Below are positions 9,338 to 19,310 of a DNA stretch of 32,000 bases, piece by piece (position 1 is the first letter of the stretch; each line of letters begins with the position of its first letter). The stretch is from Aeropyrum pernix K1 (GTDB lineage Archaea; Thermoproteota; Thermoprotei_A; Sulfolobales; Acidilobaceae): contig NC_000854.2 of the NCBI RefSeq assembly GCF_000011125.1, forward strand, positions 420,001 to 452,000, read 5' to 3'. The translations under genes were made by a program, and so were the position numbers. A model generated the notes under the pieces. That model was not told where the DNA came from and ran no database searches. It saw only the letters and a list, made by a program, of their open reading frames with translations.

Positions 9338-9961
9338 TTGGTGAGACGCCTGAGGGAGATGTACCTGGAGTATAAGAGGATAGTGAACGTTTACCCCGAC
9401 ACCCCCTCCATAGCTAGGAGGATGTTCGTGACAAACGGTTTCGACGGCCTCCTGGCGGCTATAGGCGTCAACATAGGGGGCTTCAGCGGCGGGGCCGACC
9501 CTGTTGTCATGGTTCTCAGCATTATGGGGGGGTCGCTGTCTATGGGCGTGTTGAGCGGTGTGGTGGGCGTTTATCTGAGCGAGAGGGCTGAGAGGCTGAA
9601 GGAGCTGTCGAGGCTTGAAAAGAAGGTGTCGAGGAGCCTGAGGAGGAGCATCTACTGGAAGGCGGCCAACATCATACCCCTGTATATCGCCCTGTGGAGC
9701 GGGGTGGGGGTCATAGCCTTCCCCCTGATAAGCGTCCTCCCCTACATAGCCGCAGCCTACGGCATGCTCGCCATAGAGGAGGCTTTCGCCGCCTCCCTCG
9801 CGATAGCTCTGGCCCTGGCCGGAGGCCTTGGCCTCTACCTGGGTGTGGTGAGCGGCGAGAGCAAGCTGTACTCCACGCTCAGGGGACTCATGCTCGCCGT
9901 CGGTGCCATAATTCTGGTGCACATCTTCAAGTTCGCCGTTGCAGGGCCACTGCCAGGGTGA
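9338..9961 (+). CDS. Integral membrane protein, probable VIT1/CCC1-like family
   Basis: NGFDGLLAAIGVNIGG...MGGSLSMGVLSGVVGVYLSERAERLKELSRLEKK followed by several hydrophobic helices resembles the VIT1/CCC1 transporter arrangement. Confidence 0.5.
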   Translation: MVRRLREMYLEYKRIVNVYPDTPSIARRMFVTNGFDGLLAAIGVNIGGFSGGADPVVMVLSIMGGSLSMGVLSGVVGVYLSERAERLKELSRLEKKVSRSLRRSIYWKAANIIPLYIALWSGVGVIAFPLISVLPYIAAAYGMLAIEEAFAASLAIALALAGGLGLYLGVVSGESKLYSTLRGLMLAVGAIILVHIFKFAVAGPLPG

Positions 9962-11186
9962 TGGGCAGCCTGGCGAACGTCTCAACGAGGAACCTCAGCT
10001 CGCCCAGGTCGATGTGCTCGTCGGGAGCGTGGGCCAGCTCGCCGCGGGGGCCGTATGCCAGGGCCTTAGAGCCTTTGACCGTGTAGTACCACATGTCGAG
10101 GCCTCCGGGGCAGACGACGGGCTCGCCGATGCTCCTGCCGGACTGGCTGGCCGCCTCCCTCAGGGCCTCGTACAGCTCACCCGGCTCGTTTATAGCGGGC
10201 TCGGCCGAGATAACCTCCTCCGCCTCAACCTCCGCCCCATGCTTCACCGAGAGCCAGGTCAACACCCCCAACAGCTCGTCCCTAGCCTGCGATACAGTCT
10301 CCTCGGGTATGAGCCGCCTGTCCACGGTGAAGTAGAACTCGCCCGGCACCTGGTTCGTCTTACCTCCCCCCGTCACCCCCGCCTCGCCACCTAGCGATAC
10401 AGTGGGCTTGGCCGACTCCTCAGGCTCTATCCTGTGCCTGCTCCTCCTGCCAGCGTACATAGAGGCCAGCGCCTGCTGGAGGTCGAGGGCTATGGCCGAC
10501 GCCAGGAGGAACGCGTTCCTCCCGTGCCACGGCGTGCTGGCGTGGGCGGTCCTCCCCTTCACCCTAACCTTCATCCACAGTATACCCCTGTGGCCGTGCC
10601 ACGGCTTCTCAAGGCCGCTGGGCTCGGGCAGCACGACGTACTCGGGGGTCACCCCCATGCCGTTGACTAGATAGCCTGTGCCACACTCTCCCCCGATCTC
10701 CTCGTCGGGCACGAAGGCCGCCTCAACCCTTAGCCCCTGGGGCCAGGCCCCGGAGAGGTGGAGGGCCTTGAAGGCGCCGAGGGCCGCCGCTATACCCCCC
10801 TTCATGTCTATAGCGCCGCGGCCGTAGAGCTTCCCATCCTTGACCACGGGCTTGAAAGGCTCGGTTACACTCCACCCCGGACCCCCAGGGACCACGTCGT
10901 AGTGGCCGTTGAAGTGGAGGGCCGGGCCCTCGCCCCTCCGCCCATATACTATAAACCTTGGATTGTCGGAGGCGTGCCTACACTTCTCCCTCTGATACTC
11001 GGAGGGGACCCTCTCCACAACCGTCTCGAAGCCCAGGGACTCCAGCTCCCTGGCCAGAAGCTCGGCGGCCTCCCCATAGTGGTCGCCCTGCGGCGCGACG
11101 GTCGGTATTGATATGAGCCTCTTCAACACGTCAACAGAATAGCCGAAAGCCTCCTCTAGAGCACCAGGGTTTAGAGAGGCGGTCAA
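9927..11186 (-). CDS. M20 family metallopeptidase (ArgE/DapE/carboxypeptidase-like), 419 aa
   Basis: LHFNGHYDVVPGGPGWS, LYGRGAIDMKGGIAAAL, FVPDEEIGGECGTGYLV, YVVLPEPSG, RGRTAHASTPWHGRNAF, FYFTVDRRLIPEE, AYGPRGELAHAPDEHIDL. Confidence 0.92.
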   Translation of the reverse strand: MTASLNPGALEEAFGYSVDVLKRLISIPTVAPQGDHYGEAAELLARELESLGFETVVERVPSEYQREKCRHASDNPRFIVYGRRGEGPALHFNGHYDVVPGGPGWSVTEPFKPVVKDGKLYGRGAIDMKGGIAAALGAFKALHLSGAWPQGLRVEAAFVPDEEIGGECGTGYLVNGMGVTPEYVVLPEPSGLEKPWHGHRGILWMKVRVKGRTAHASTPWHGRNAFLLASAIALDLQQALASMYAGRRSRHRIEPEESAKPTVSLGGEAGVTGGGKTNQVPGEFYFTVDRRLIPEETVSQARDELLGVLTWLSVKHGAEVEAEEVISAEPAINEPGELYEALREAASQSGRSIGEPVVCPGGLDMWYYTVKGSKALAYGPRGELAHAPDEHIDLGELRFLVETFARLPITLAVALQRRT

Positions 11187-11449
11187 ACAGGCTCACCAGC
11201 TTTAGTATGGGGGGAGGCAGAAATATTAGGTTGACGCATAATAGCCGGGGAGAGAGGTCCTCGGGAATCTAGCGTAAACCAAGGCTGCACCTCAGCTAGG
11301 CTGGCGAGGCTGCAGGGCCGCCATGGAGCCCGGCTGCAGGTGGGCCTGTAAAGTAATGTAGTAATGTATCGCTTGAAGGCTGCCCTAGGTGCTGGTCTAG
11401 CCATGCTAAAGCAGCCGGAGACCGACACATCTCTTGAGGGTGCTGGCGG

Positions 11450-12202
11450 GTGTCGTGCGCCGAGCTGTACTTCCTAGGTACCGGGGCTGCTGTGAACCCC
11501 CGGAGGATGCAGTCCTCACTGCTGCTAGACTATATGGGCGTCACGGTTCTCGTAGACGCCTCCTGCGGGGCCGCCAACGCCCTCGAGGCCCTGGGCTATC
11601 CCCCCGAGTCTATCGGAGCTGTGGTTGTGACCCACGGCCACTACGACCACGTGTGTGGCCTGGGGCTCCTGTCGTTCATAAAGTCCTTCCGCGGCGGCCC
11701 CCCTCTGAAACTGCATTCGCCCCCTGCCGCGGAGGGGGTTGTGAGGTCTGTTGTGGAGGCGGGGCTGAGGTCCTCAGCCAGGGGTGGGGTCGGGTACTCT
11801 ATACTCCCCCTCAGGCCTGGTGGAGAGGCCGGGTTTGGGGGTGTGGTGCGCGTGAGGGGGCTCAGGGCCGACCACACCGTGGAGGCCCTGAGCCTTGAGA
11901 TAGGGCTCGCCGGGCTGGGGTTCATACTTGTCAGCGGCGACACCAGGCCGACGGAAGAACTGGAGGCTAGAGCCCCTCGGGCCCTCGCTACCGTGCACGA
12001 GGCGACCCTCCCGTCCGGCATGGCCGAGAAGGCCGCTGCCACTGGCCACTCGACGGTGGGGGAGGCTGTGGGGGTGGCCTCGAAATCGGGGATAGGCCTG
12101 CTATACCACCTCACGCCCGAGAGCGAGGAGGAGGCTCTACGCGCCTCCAGGGGTACCAGGGTTATGGTGCCCCAGGACCTCCAGGCGGTGAAGATATGCT
12201 GA
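11450..12202 (+). CDS. Metallo-beta-lactamase fold hydrolase (RNase Z-like architecture), 250 aa
   Basis: FLGTGAAVNPRRMQSSLLLDY, VVVTHGHYDHVCGLGLL, LVSGDTRPTEELEARA, LATVHEATLPSG, ATGHSTVGEAVGVA. Confidence 0.8.
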   Translation: MSCAELYFLGTGAAVNPRRMQSSLLLDYMGVTVLVDASCGAANALEALGYPPESIGAVVVTHGHYDHVCGLGLLSFIKSFRGGPPLKLHSPPAAEGVVRSVVEAGLRSSARGGVGYSILPLRPGGEAGFGGVVRVRGLRADHTVEALSLEIGLAGLGFILVSGDTRPTEELEARAPRALATVHEATLPSGMAEKAAATGHSTVGEAVGVASKSGIGLLYHLTPESEEEALRASRGTRVMVPQDLQAVKIC

Positions 12203-12273
12203 GGCAAGGCCGGTGTTAAAAAGAGTGTGTGGACTAGGCTCCGCGACCCCCCGGCGGGCGCCGGGGGGATTTA

Positions 12274-12678
12274 CTATTCCAGGTGCCTCTCGGCGACCCC
12301 CTTCTCCACTCTAGCCGGTTTTAGGGCTTCTGCGAGGACCTCGAAGGCCCTGTGGGGGTTTGTGTGGCCGCCGCAGCTGTACACGTCTACAGTTGCGAAC
12401 CTGTACTCCGGCCACGTGTGGACCGTTATGTGGCTCTCTAGGATTATGGCTACGACGCTAACCCCCTCACCTATCTTCCAGGATTTGATGTCTAGGACTG
12501 TCATGCCGCCCTCACGGGCCGCCTCCAGGACTACCTTCTCCAGCTCCTCAGGGCTCTTCAGGAGCTCGGTGTTGGCGCACTCATAGAAATTCCCGTACAC
12601 GTGTAGGCCGAAAACCCTCATCTGCGCCCCCGAGCCGTTGGTCCTCGAGGACGGTATCTGAGCCAATAATGGTCTCAC
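12274..12678 (-). CDS. S-adenosylmethionine decarboxylase family proenzyme (AdoMetDC or the crenarchaeal arginine decarboxylase paralogue)
   Basis: [21 protein letters not shown]...[27 protein letters not shown]: pyruvoyl-dependent cleavage motif ESH and class 1 SpeD signature. Start may be the internal ATG of [10 protein letters not shown]. Confidence 0.9.
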   Translation of the reverse strand: MRPLLAQIPSSRTNGSGAQMRVFGLHVYGNFYECANTELLKSPEELEKVVLEAAREGGMTVLDIKSWKIGEGVSVVAIILESHITVHTWPEYRFATVDVYSCGGHTNPHRAFEVLAEALKPARVEKGVAERHLE

Positions 12679-12768
12679 CCCCTACTTTGCCCCGGTGTTC
12701 TCCGGGGCATTTAAGGGTTATACGAGCCCGCCCCCAACAGAGTGTTTGATGCGGGTGCTGCATAGGCT

Positions 12769-13542
12769 ATGTCAAGCGGCGTCGGCATAGTCACCAGGAT
12801 ACAGAGCGTCTCCCCGGCGATAAGCGCAGTGCTGCTGGACCACCCGGGAGTCTACCTGAGGACGGTTAGGGGTGCCTCCGCTATATACGGTGGGGAGTAT
12901 ACTGGGATGCCCGGCTTCCGTTTCACCGTCGGCAGGATAGGAGACGCCAGCCTCCTCATAGGCCTCATACCACCCTACCCCCAGGCCGTCGCCGAGGCCG
13001 TCTACGAGCTCTTCATACTAGGTATAAGGAATGTGATAACGATAACCCGCGGCGCCAGGCTCGGAAGGAGGGTTGAGGAGGGTGAGAGGGTGGTTCTGGC
13101 TAAGGCCGCCATACCCCTGGACGGGGTCTCCCAGAGGATAGCCCCGCCCGGCACGCCCCTCCTCGCCTCTGCCGAGCTACTCAGAGGCCTCCTCGCCTAC
13201 GCCGAGCTGGGCGTTCTGAAAGGCTCTGTTAACCCGGGAACCACCGTCACCATGCAGAGCCTGAGGATGGCCTGGAGCTACGACGACGCGGAGGAGTATA
13301 TAGGCTTGAGGGACGTGAGGGCTGCCGACACGGTGACCGCGCCCCTCTACGCTCTCCAATACCAGTTCGAGAGGCTCAACGCCCTCTCAGTCGTCGTGGC
13401 GGAGAGGCCCCTCACCCCCACGCCCAGGCCCGTGGAGACTGATGCGAGAGCCCTGGAGAGGCATGACGAGAGGGAGGCGGACCTCATATCAAAGATCCTC
13501 ATAGCCGCCGTCGAGACTATAAAGGCCGTGGCCGGGGAGTGA
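12769..13542 (+). CDS. Divergent nucleoside phosphorylase-like (PNP/UDP phosphorylase family) protein
   Basis: GIRNVITITRGARL, NPGTTVTMQSLRMAW, DTVTAPLYAL and alpha/beta phosphorylase-like spacing. Weak but suggestive. Confidence 0.5.
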   Translation: MSSGVGIVTRIQSVSPAISAVLLDHPGVYLRTVRGASAIYGGEYTGMPGFRFTVGRIGDASLLIGLIPPYPQAVAEAVYELFILGIRNVITITRGARLGRRVEEGERVVLAKAAIPLDGVSQRIAPPGTPLLASAELLRGLLAYAELGVLKGSVNPGTTVTMQSLRMAWSYDDAEEYIGLRDVRAADTVTAPLYALQYQFERLNALSVVVAERPLTPTPRPVETDARALERHDEREADLISKILIAAVETIKAVAGE

Positions 13543-13554
13543 AGCTGGGGCGCT

Positions 13555-14658
13555 TCAGCCCCCGTATATCTCCCTAGCCTTCTCCACCTTGAGGCTCCAG
13601 GGCGTTGCGCCCACCAGCTTGTCCACTATCCTCCCTTCCTTGTAGAACACTAGGGTTGGCGTGCCCTCCACACCGGCCTTGTTCATCTCGAGCCTGGCGG
13701 CGGAGAGCTCCCTCTCCCCTATGAGGCTGCCCCATATGAACATGACTATGGGCACATCCACCTCCTTCGAGGCCTGGATCAGCTGTGGCCAGTCCCTGTG
13801 GCAGTGGGGGCAGGTTTTGCTGTAGACCGCCAGTATAGCGTCGCCCTGGAGCAGCTGCCTGAACTCCTCGGGGGTTATGTATATTAGCCTCCCGTCCTCC
13901 AGGACGGCGAGACCCTCCTTCACGTAGCTTAGGTTGCTGCTGAACCCGTCCGCGGTGCACTCCCACTCCACGCTAACCATCGTGTCGGAGCCGGAGACGC
14001 TAGCCTCCACCAGGCTCTGGGTGTAGCGTATGGATAGGCCGCCCCCGACTATGCCGGCTTCAAAGGCCTCAAGTATCCCGTCGCCCCTGTAGACCGCTTT
14101 GACAGCTATAGTGTAGTCCCCCACGTTTGCGTAGCCTCTGTATGTGTACCCGCCTGCCTCCCCGGCTTCTAGCGTTAGCCTCATGCAGAGGCCTGAGCGG
14201 CCGGGCGGTATGTACACGGGTATCACAATCTCCTGCATACCCAGATACTCCTTCGGCAGGGCTAGAAGGGTTGTGGTGAGCACACCCTTCTCCGGCGTCG
14301 ACGTTACAACCGGGTCTCCGGCCTCCAGGAGCTGGACCTCAACACTGCTCTCGGGCCAGCCTGGCTCGACTATGGAGACCGCGTTTGTGGCCACGTTGGT
14401 GCCGCTCGCTGACGTGGAGGTGGACTCGTATACAAGCCTATCCCCTCCTGCGAGGGGTAGGGTATATGATACCGTGGGGAAGAGGCCCTGCGGCTCCTCC
14501 AGCCCTCCCTCCTCCCCGCCGCCGGAGGGGCTGGAGCCGCCTCCCTGCGGCGCTGTCAGGCCGAAGCCCTGGAACACTACTACGAAGGTCGACGCGACCA
14601 TCACCAGCCCTAGGAAAACGCCTACCAATAGCCTAACGTTCAACCCGCCTACTCCCAA
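13555..14658 (-). CDS. Membrane-anchored extracytoplasmic protein with C-terminal thioredoxin-like domain, 367 aa
   Basis: N-terminal hydrophobic segment (LLVGVFLGLVMVASTFVVVFQGF), Gly/Ser/Pro linker, novel central domain, then ILAVYSKTCPHCHRDWPQLIQAS...GVEGTPTLVFYKEGRIVDKLVGA (CPHC active site plus cis-Pro). Confidence 0.8.
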   Translation of the reverse strand: MGVGGLNVRLLVGVFLGLVMVASTFVVVFQGFGLTAPQGGGSSPSGGGEEGGLEEPQGLFPTVSYTLPLAGGDRLVYESTSTSASGTNVATNAVSIVEPGWPESSVEVQLLEAGDPVVTSTPEKGVLTTTLLALPKEYLGMQEIVIPVYIPPGRSGLCMRLTLEAGEAGGYTYRGYANVGDYTIAVKAVYRGDGILEAFEAGIVGGGLSIRYTQSLVEASVSGSDTMVSVEWECTADGFSSNLSYVKEGLAVLEDGRLIYITPEEFRQLLQGDAILAVYSKTCPHCHRDWPQLIQASKEVDVPIVMFIWGSLIGERELSAARLEMNKAGVEGTPTLVFYKEGRIVDKLVGATPWSLKVEKAREIYGG

Positions 14659-14753
14659 CCCCCCAATTGTATAGGGGGAGGTTTAAGCTTGAGCACTCCG
14701 GGGAAGATTTGTGGCGGGATTCGGCGTCTACTTAAGGCTGCCCTCCTGAAACG

Positions 14754-15854
14754 GTGTTAAGGGGGAGAGTGCTGGGCGCTATGGGCACGGTAGCAGGTGT
14801 TAGGCTGAGGAGGGGCAGGCTGCTGGGAGACCCTTTGAAAGCGCTCCTAGCAGGCTCTAGGGGCGTCTGGATGGCGCGTGGCTGCGACCTGTGCTTCCCG
14901 GGTAGGAAGGCTGTCGTGTTTGTGACTGGGCTCTGCGACGACTCCTGCTTCTACTGCCCAGTTAGCAGGGCCAAGCTTGGTAGGGACGTGTTCTACGTTA
15001 ACGAGGTTCCTGTGGCTAGTGTTGAGGAGGCTGTGGCCGAGGTCCTGAGGACTGGGGCCTCGGGGGCGAGCCTCACCGGGGGGGACCCCCTGGTGGCTCT
15101 CCATAGGACCCTTGATGTTGCTAGGGCGTTGAAGTCCGAGCTGGGGAGGGGGTTCCACATACACCTGTACACTAGCGGCCGGAGGATGACTCCCGAGGTT
15201 GCTAGGGCGCTTTGGGAGGCGGGTGTCGACGAGGTCAGGATACACCCTACTGAGAGGAGCCTCCTATCGAGGGTTGGGATGGTTAAGAGGTATACCGGTA
15301 TGAGCGTGGGGGTTGAGATGCCCATAGCCCCTGGCCTCGAGGAGCTTGCTATCGAGGCTGTCAAGACCGTAGAAGCCGTGGGGGGCGACTTCGTCAACCT
15401 CAATGAGATGGAGATAGTAGAGCCCAACGCCAGGGCCCTCCTCGCCAGGGGTTATACTGAGAGCGGTGAGAGGCCGTTCACGGTGAGGGGGGCCCTCGAG
15501 GCAGTCTTAAGGGTGCTGGAGTGGGCCGCCGAGAACAGCAGCGTGCCCGTCCACTTCTGCCCCGCGAGCTTCAAAGACTCCATACAGACTGGGAACAGGC
15601 TGAGGTCCTCGGCCGCTAGAGACGCCTACTGGTATGAGGAGCCCACGCCCCACGGCACCCTCACGTGGGGGGAGGTCCGGGGCGGCTCCCCTCCCCCGGG
15701 GCTGGGAGAGGAGAGGGGTGGGAGGATAATGCTGCCCCCCCGCGCGGACCTCCTCGAGACTGTTGTCAGGATGTACGGGGGGGAGGCCTACATAGTGGAG
15801 GCCCATCCAACCCCCTCTAGGACGCCCATTGTATCGGAGAGGAGAATAGCCTAG
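14754..15854 (+). CDS. Radical SAM superfamily protein of unknown specificity, 366 aa
   Basis: CDLCFPGRKAVVFVTGLCDDSCFYCPVSRAKLGRDVFYVNE contains the CxxxCxxC motif. SLTGGDPLV and FHIHLYTSG are radical SAM core motifs. Confidence 0.85.
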   Translation: MLRGRVLGAMGTVAGVRLRRGRLLGDPLKALLAGSRGVWMARGCDLCFPGRKAVVFVTGLCDDSCFYCPVSRAKLGRDVFYVNEVPVASVEEAVAEVLRTGASGASLTGGDPLVALHRTLDVARALKSELGRGFHIHLYTSGRRMTPEVARALWEAGVDEVRIHPTERSLLSRVGMVKRYTGMSVGVEMPIAPGLEELAIEAVKTVEAVGGDFVNLNEMEIVEPNARALLARGYTESGERPFTVRGALEAVLRVLEWAAENSSVPVHFCPASFKDSIQTGNRLRSSAARDAYWYEEPTPHGTLTWGEVRGGSPPPGLGEERGGRIMLPPRADLLETVVRMYGGEAYIVEAHPTPSRTPIVSERRIA

Positions 15855-15865
15855 GAGGGCCTGGG

Positions 15866-16312
15866 GTGGATGTGGTGTCCGGCTCGAGCCTGGATGAGGC
15901 CGCCTTGCTAGTGGAGGCTCTCCAGGGGGCCTTCGACTTCGCGGGCGTCGAGAGGTTCGACGTCGGGGGGCTTGACGTCACTGTGCTCGACGCCGGCTTC
16001 ATATCTGGCAGGAGGGTGGTTATAGTGGTCCTCCCGGAGGGGTCAAAGATAAGCATATGGTCCTCCCGGAGGGCAGTAGCAGCCGGCCTCGCAATAGGAG
16101 GGGGGAGGGACCCCCTCATAGTCATTTACACCAGGAGGGGGAGGATCGGGAAGGCCGGCTACCTCTACCTGGGCTACCTGGCCCACAGGCACGGGTTCGA
16201 CGTTGTCGTGGTTAACGGGGGGCCGGGCGAGGTTAGGGAGGTGCTTGAGATGCTGTCGAAAACTGGCAGGATTGTAGTTAGGGAGGATAAGCTCTACCCC
16301 GTCAGGCCCTAG
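15866..16312 (+). CDS. Uncharacterised 148 aa protein directly downstream of the radical SAM gene
   Basis: Good codon-like ORF with only 11 bp separating it from the previous stop. No recognisable family motif. Confidence 0.6.
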   Translation: MDVVSGSSLDEAALLVEALQGAFDFAGVERFDVGGLDVTVLDAGFISGRRVVIVVLPEGSKISIWSSRRAVAAGLAIGGGRDPLIVIYTRRGRIGKAGYLYLGYLAHRHGFDVVVVNGGPGEVREVLEMLSKTGRIVVREDKLYPVRP

Positions 16313-18771
16313 AGCCTGGAGAGCCTGGAGCCCAGCTCCTCCAGCCTCTCCAGCATTATCCTCCTCTCTATGCTGGCAACCTGCCTTCTCACCCTCACCA
16401 CGGCGTCGGGGTTGACGCTTATCGAGTCGATGCCCCTCCTCACCAGGAACTCTACCAGCTCCGGGTAGACGCTGGGGCCCTGGCCGCATATACTGACAGT
16501 CGCCCCCTGGCTGTGAGCCTTCTCTATAAGAATCTCTATCGACCTTAGAACGGCGGGGTCCCTCTCGTCGAAGTAGCCCATCTTCGCCAGGAACCCGCTG
16601 TCCCTGTCCACGCCGAGCACGAGCTGGGTTAGGTCGTTGCTGCCTATGCTGAAGCCGTCGACCATCTTTGCGAACTCGTCCGCCAGGAAGACTGTGCTCG
16701 GCACCTCAACCATTATCCACACCTTAAAGTCCCTGCCCCTAGAGAGGCCCTCCTCCTCCATTATCTTCAGCGCCCTCTCCAGCTCCCAGGTCGTCCTCAC
16801 GAAGGGGAACATGACCCAGACGTTCTTCAGTCCCCACTCCTCCCTGACCTTCTTTATAGCCCTAACCTCAAGCCTGAAGGCGGGCTCGTAGTTGGGGTGT
16901 ATGTACCTGGAGACGCCCCTCCACCCTATCATCGGGTTCCTCTCGTCCAGTGTCTCGTACTTCTCCCCGCCCTTCAGCCTCCTGTACTCGTTGGTCTTGA
17001 AGTCGCTGAACCTCACCACGACAGGCCTGGGGTATATGGCGCTGGCGACCTTCGCAACGCCCTCGGCGAGCTTGTCTATGAAGTAGACGCCCCTGCCCTG
17101 CTCTATGAGGTACATCGGGTGGTAGCCTATCCAGCTCGAGATTATGAACTCTATCCTCATGAGGCCTATGCCCTCGAACGGCAGGTGCTTATACCTGTCA
17201 ATCTCCTCCGGGTGGCCCAGGTTCATGTAGATCTTCGTGGCGGTCACAGGGTAGACCTCGGAGAGCACCTCGGCAACAGCGGCACCCAGCTCCGGCCTGG
17301 CCTCCTCCTCCCTGGCCTCCTCAGTCTTGACTGCCCCGGCGTAGACCACACCCCTGCTGCCGTCCACCGTCACCAGCATGCCGTCCTTCAGCTTCTTGGT
17401 TGCGTCGCCCGTCCCAACGACCGCGGGTATGCCTAGCTCCCTGGCCACTATTGCGGCGTGGGCCGTCATGCCCCCCTCGTCCGTCACTATGGCGCTGGCC
17501 ATCTTCATGTAGGGGACCCAGTCGGGGTCGGTCATCTTTGTCACGAGAACGTCGCCCTTCTCCATCTTCTTGGCAGCCTCCTCGACGGTCAGGGCAACCT
17601 TGACCCTGCCGGAGGCCACGCCGGGGCTGGCGGGAACCCCCCTGACGAGGACCTCACCCTCCGGCACGGCCTCCTCCTCAGGGGGCTTCGCCTCCGCCTC
17701 CTCCTTCTTCCTCGACCACACCGTCTCCGGCCTTGCCTGGAGTAGTAGGATGTTCTCGGGCGGGCTGAGCTCGAAGTCTATAGCCCACTCTATGTCCATC
17801 GGCCTTGCGAAGTGGTTCTCAACCTTTATGGCAAGCCTGGCCAGCTCCTTAACCTCCTTCTCGGAGAGGGAGGGTGCGTCCGGCCTTATACCATACTTCT
17901 CGACAACCTCAGCCACCGCGGGGTGCTTCCTCCTGAGGTCCTCCAGCTCCTCCCCGCTCTCCGGTATCTTTATCTCGACGTTCTCGTTGAGATCGGGATC
18001 GTAGAACAATGCCTTATCCTTCCTGGATATCCTCACCTCCAGGATCTCGAGGTCCGACTTGCTGACTACAAACCTGTCAGGGGTGACCTTCCCCCCGACA
18101 ATGTACTCCCCTAGCCCCCATATCGACTCGATAACGATCTTGTCCTCCTCACCGGTGACGGGGTGTATCGTGAACATCACCCCGCTGCTGCGGCTGCTCA
18201 CCATCTTCTGGACTACGACGGCCATCAAAGCCGTCTCATGGTCTATGTTAAGGCTGTCCCTGTAGCTCAGCGCCCTGGCCGTCCACAGGCTGGCCCAAGC
18301 CGTCTTAACCTTCTCCACAACCTCCTCCTCACCCTTGACATTCAGGTACGTCTCCTGCTGGCCCGCGAAGCTGGCCTCAGGGAGGTCCTCGACTGTGGCG
18401 CTGCTCCTGACAGCTACCCTCGGCTCCTCCACCCCAACCAGGGTGCCCAGCTTCCTGTAGGCATCGACTATGGCCCTCCTGAGATATGGTGGCATGGGGG
18501 TCCTGACGAACTTGCTCCTGATGAGCTCGCTAGCCTTCTCATACTCCTCGGGCCTTCCGCTGACTATGGTCTCCTCCAGAATATGCTTTATAAAACCTGC
18601 TATTCCCGTCTCGAAAACAAACCTCCTGTAAGCCTCACTCGTGACTACAAAACCGGGGGGGACGGGTATGCCCGCCTTGATCATCTCCCCAAGACCGGCG
18701 GCCTTGCCGCCCACGAGGGGGAGGAGGTCCTTAGAAATCTCGTCAAGCCAGAGGATAAGCCTCCTCTCCAC
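16309..18771 (-). CDS. ppsA: Phosphoenolpyruvate synthase (pyruvate, water dikinase)
   Basis: [119 protein letters not shown]. The ORF track start (18861) includes promoter-like AT-rich sequence; a GTG (18771) or TTG (18777) start giving (M)(C)[26 protein letters not shown] is more plausible. Confidence 0.96.
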   Translation of the reverse strand: MERRLILWLDEISKDLLPLVGGKAAGLGEMIKAGIPVPPGFVVTSEAYRRFVFETGIAGFIKHILEETIVSGRPEEYEKASELIRSKFVRTPMPPYLRRAIVDAYRKLGTLVGVEEPRVAVRSSATVEDLPEASFAGQQETYLNVKGEEEVVEKVKTAWASLWTARALSYRDSLNIDHETALMAVVVQKMVSSRSSGVMFTIHPVTGEEDKIVIESIWGLGEYIVGGKVTPDRFVVSKSDLEILEVRISRKDKALFYDPDLNENVEIKIPESGEELEDLRRKHPAVAEVVEKYGIRPDAPSLSEKEVKELARLAIKVENHFARPMDIEWAIDFELSPPENILLLQARPETVWSRKKEEAEAKPPEEEAVPEGEVLVRGVPASPGVASGRVKVALTVEEAAKKMEKGDVLVTKMTDPDWVPYMKMASAIVTDEGGMTAHAAIVARELGIPAVVGTGDATKKLKDGMLVTVDGSRGVVYAGAVKTEEAREEEARPELGAAVAEVLSEVYPVTATKIYMNLGHPEEIDRYKHLPFEGIGLMRIEFIISSWIGYHPMYLIEQGRGVYFIDKLAEGVAKVASAIYPRPVVVRFSDFKTNEYRRLKGGEKYETLDERNPMIGWRGVSRYIHPNYEPAFRLEVRAIKKVREEWGLKNVWVMFPFVRTTWELERALKIMEEEGLSRGRDFKVWIMVEVPSTVFLADEFAKMVDGFSIGSNDLTQLVLGVDRDSGFLAKMGYFDERDPAVLRSIEILIEKAHSQGATVSICGQGPSVYPELVEFLVRRGIDSISVNPDAVVRVRRQVASIERRIMLERLEELGSRLSRL

Positions 18772-18937
18772 ACACAAACACCATATAAAAGGGGTTAAAC
18801 CCGGAGGTAAATGAATAAAGTATTTAAAGAGGACACTTATTCTCACATATCCTTCACACAAAAGGACCCGGAGAGGGTGATCAACGGCATGTAGACCTAT
18901 CCTGCCGGCACCCAGTACCCTAGGTATTACACCGCTG

Positions 18938-19117
18938 CTACGGTACGGCGGGCAGGAATATGTGTGCGGCAGCTACCACTGCGGAGACTAGAATAGCGGC
19001 CCCGACGACTATAGTGGGGCTTATCTTTATCTTCCCCTCATACTCTTCGTAGAACGACAGCAGGCCTGCGGCTGTAACCGGGGTGGCCCTCCTCTCCCTC
19101 CTTCTCCTCACCGACAA
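18938..19117 (-). CDS. Preprotein translocase Sec61-beta/SecG-type subunit, ~59 aa (TTG start at 19117 rather than 19219)
   Basis: (M)[55 protein letters not shown]: basic N-term, glycine/FYEE...KISPxxV motif and a single TM as in archaeal Sec61-beta. Confidence 0.88.
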   Translation of the reverse strand: MSVRRRRERRATPVTAAGLLSFYEEYEGKIKISPTIVVGAAILVSAVVAAAHIFLPAVP

Positions 19118-19310
19118 GACACGCCAACCCCCTGGAACTCTCCCTCCAGTAACATGAGTATGTGGAGAGTTAAATCTTAGCATGCCATAATATGGCTGTG
19201 ATGAGTGACGCATACCCACACTTTACTGAGGTGCAGCTCCAAACCAAGGTTTGGGTGAGGGTTAAACCGCCTTCATGATGCTCTGGGGGGTGGAGGGCTC
19301 CGGGCGGTTG

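Noticed and set aside
11183-11428. 81-aa minus-strand ORF (MSVSGCFSMARPAPRAAF...)
   Set aside because: No domain signal, atypical composition. It sits in the gap upstream of two divergent real genes and is most likely spurious.
16897-18798. + strand ORFs opposite ppsA (179, 144, 211 aa)
   Set aside because: Antisense mirror frames of a strongly conserved enzyme; no domain evidence.
18772-18861. N-terminal extension of the PEP synthase ORF ([27 protein letters not shown])
   Set aside because: Derived from AT-rich promoter-like DNA (TTTAAATAC, TTTTATATGG). The family N-terminus starts near [15 protein letters not shown].
19118-19219. N-terminal extension of the Sec61-beta ORF (MGMRHSSQPYYGMLRF...)
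   Set aside because: Archaeal Sec61-beta proteins are ~55-60 aa and start with the basic segment. TTG at 19117 fits.
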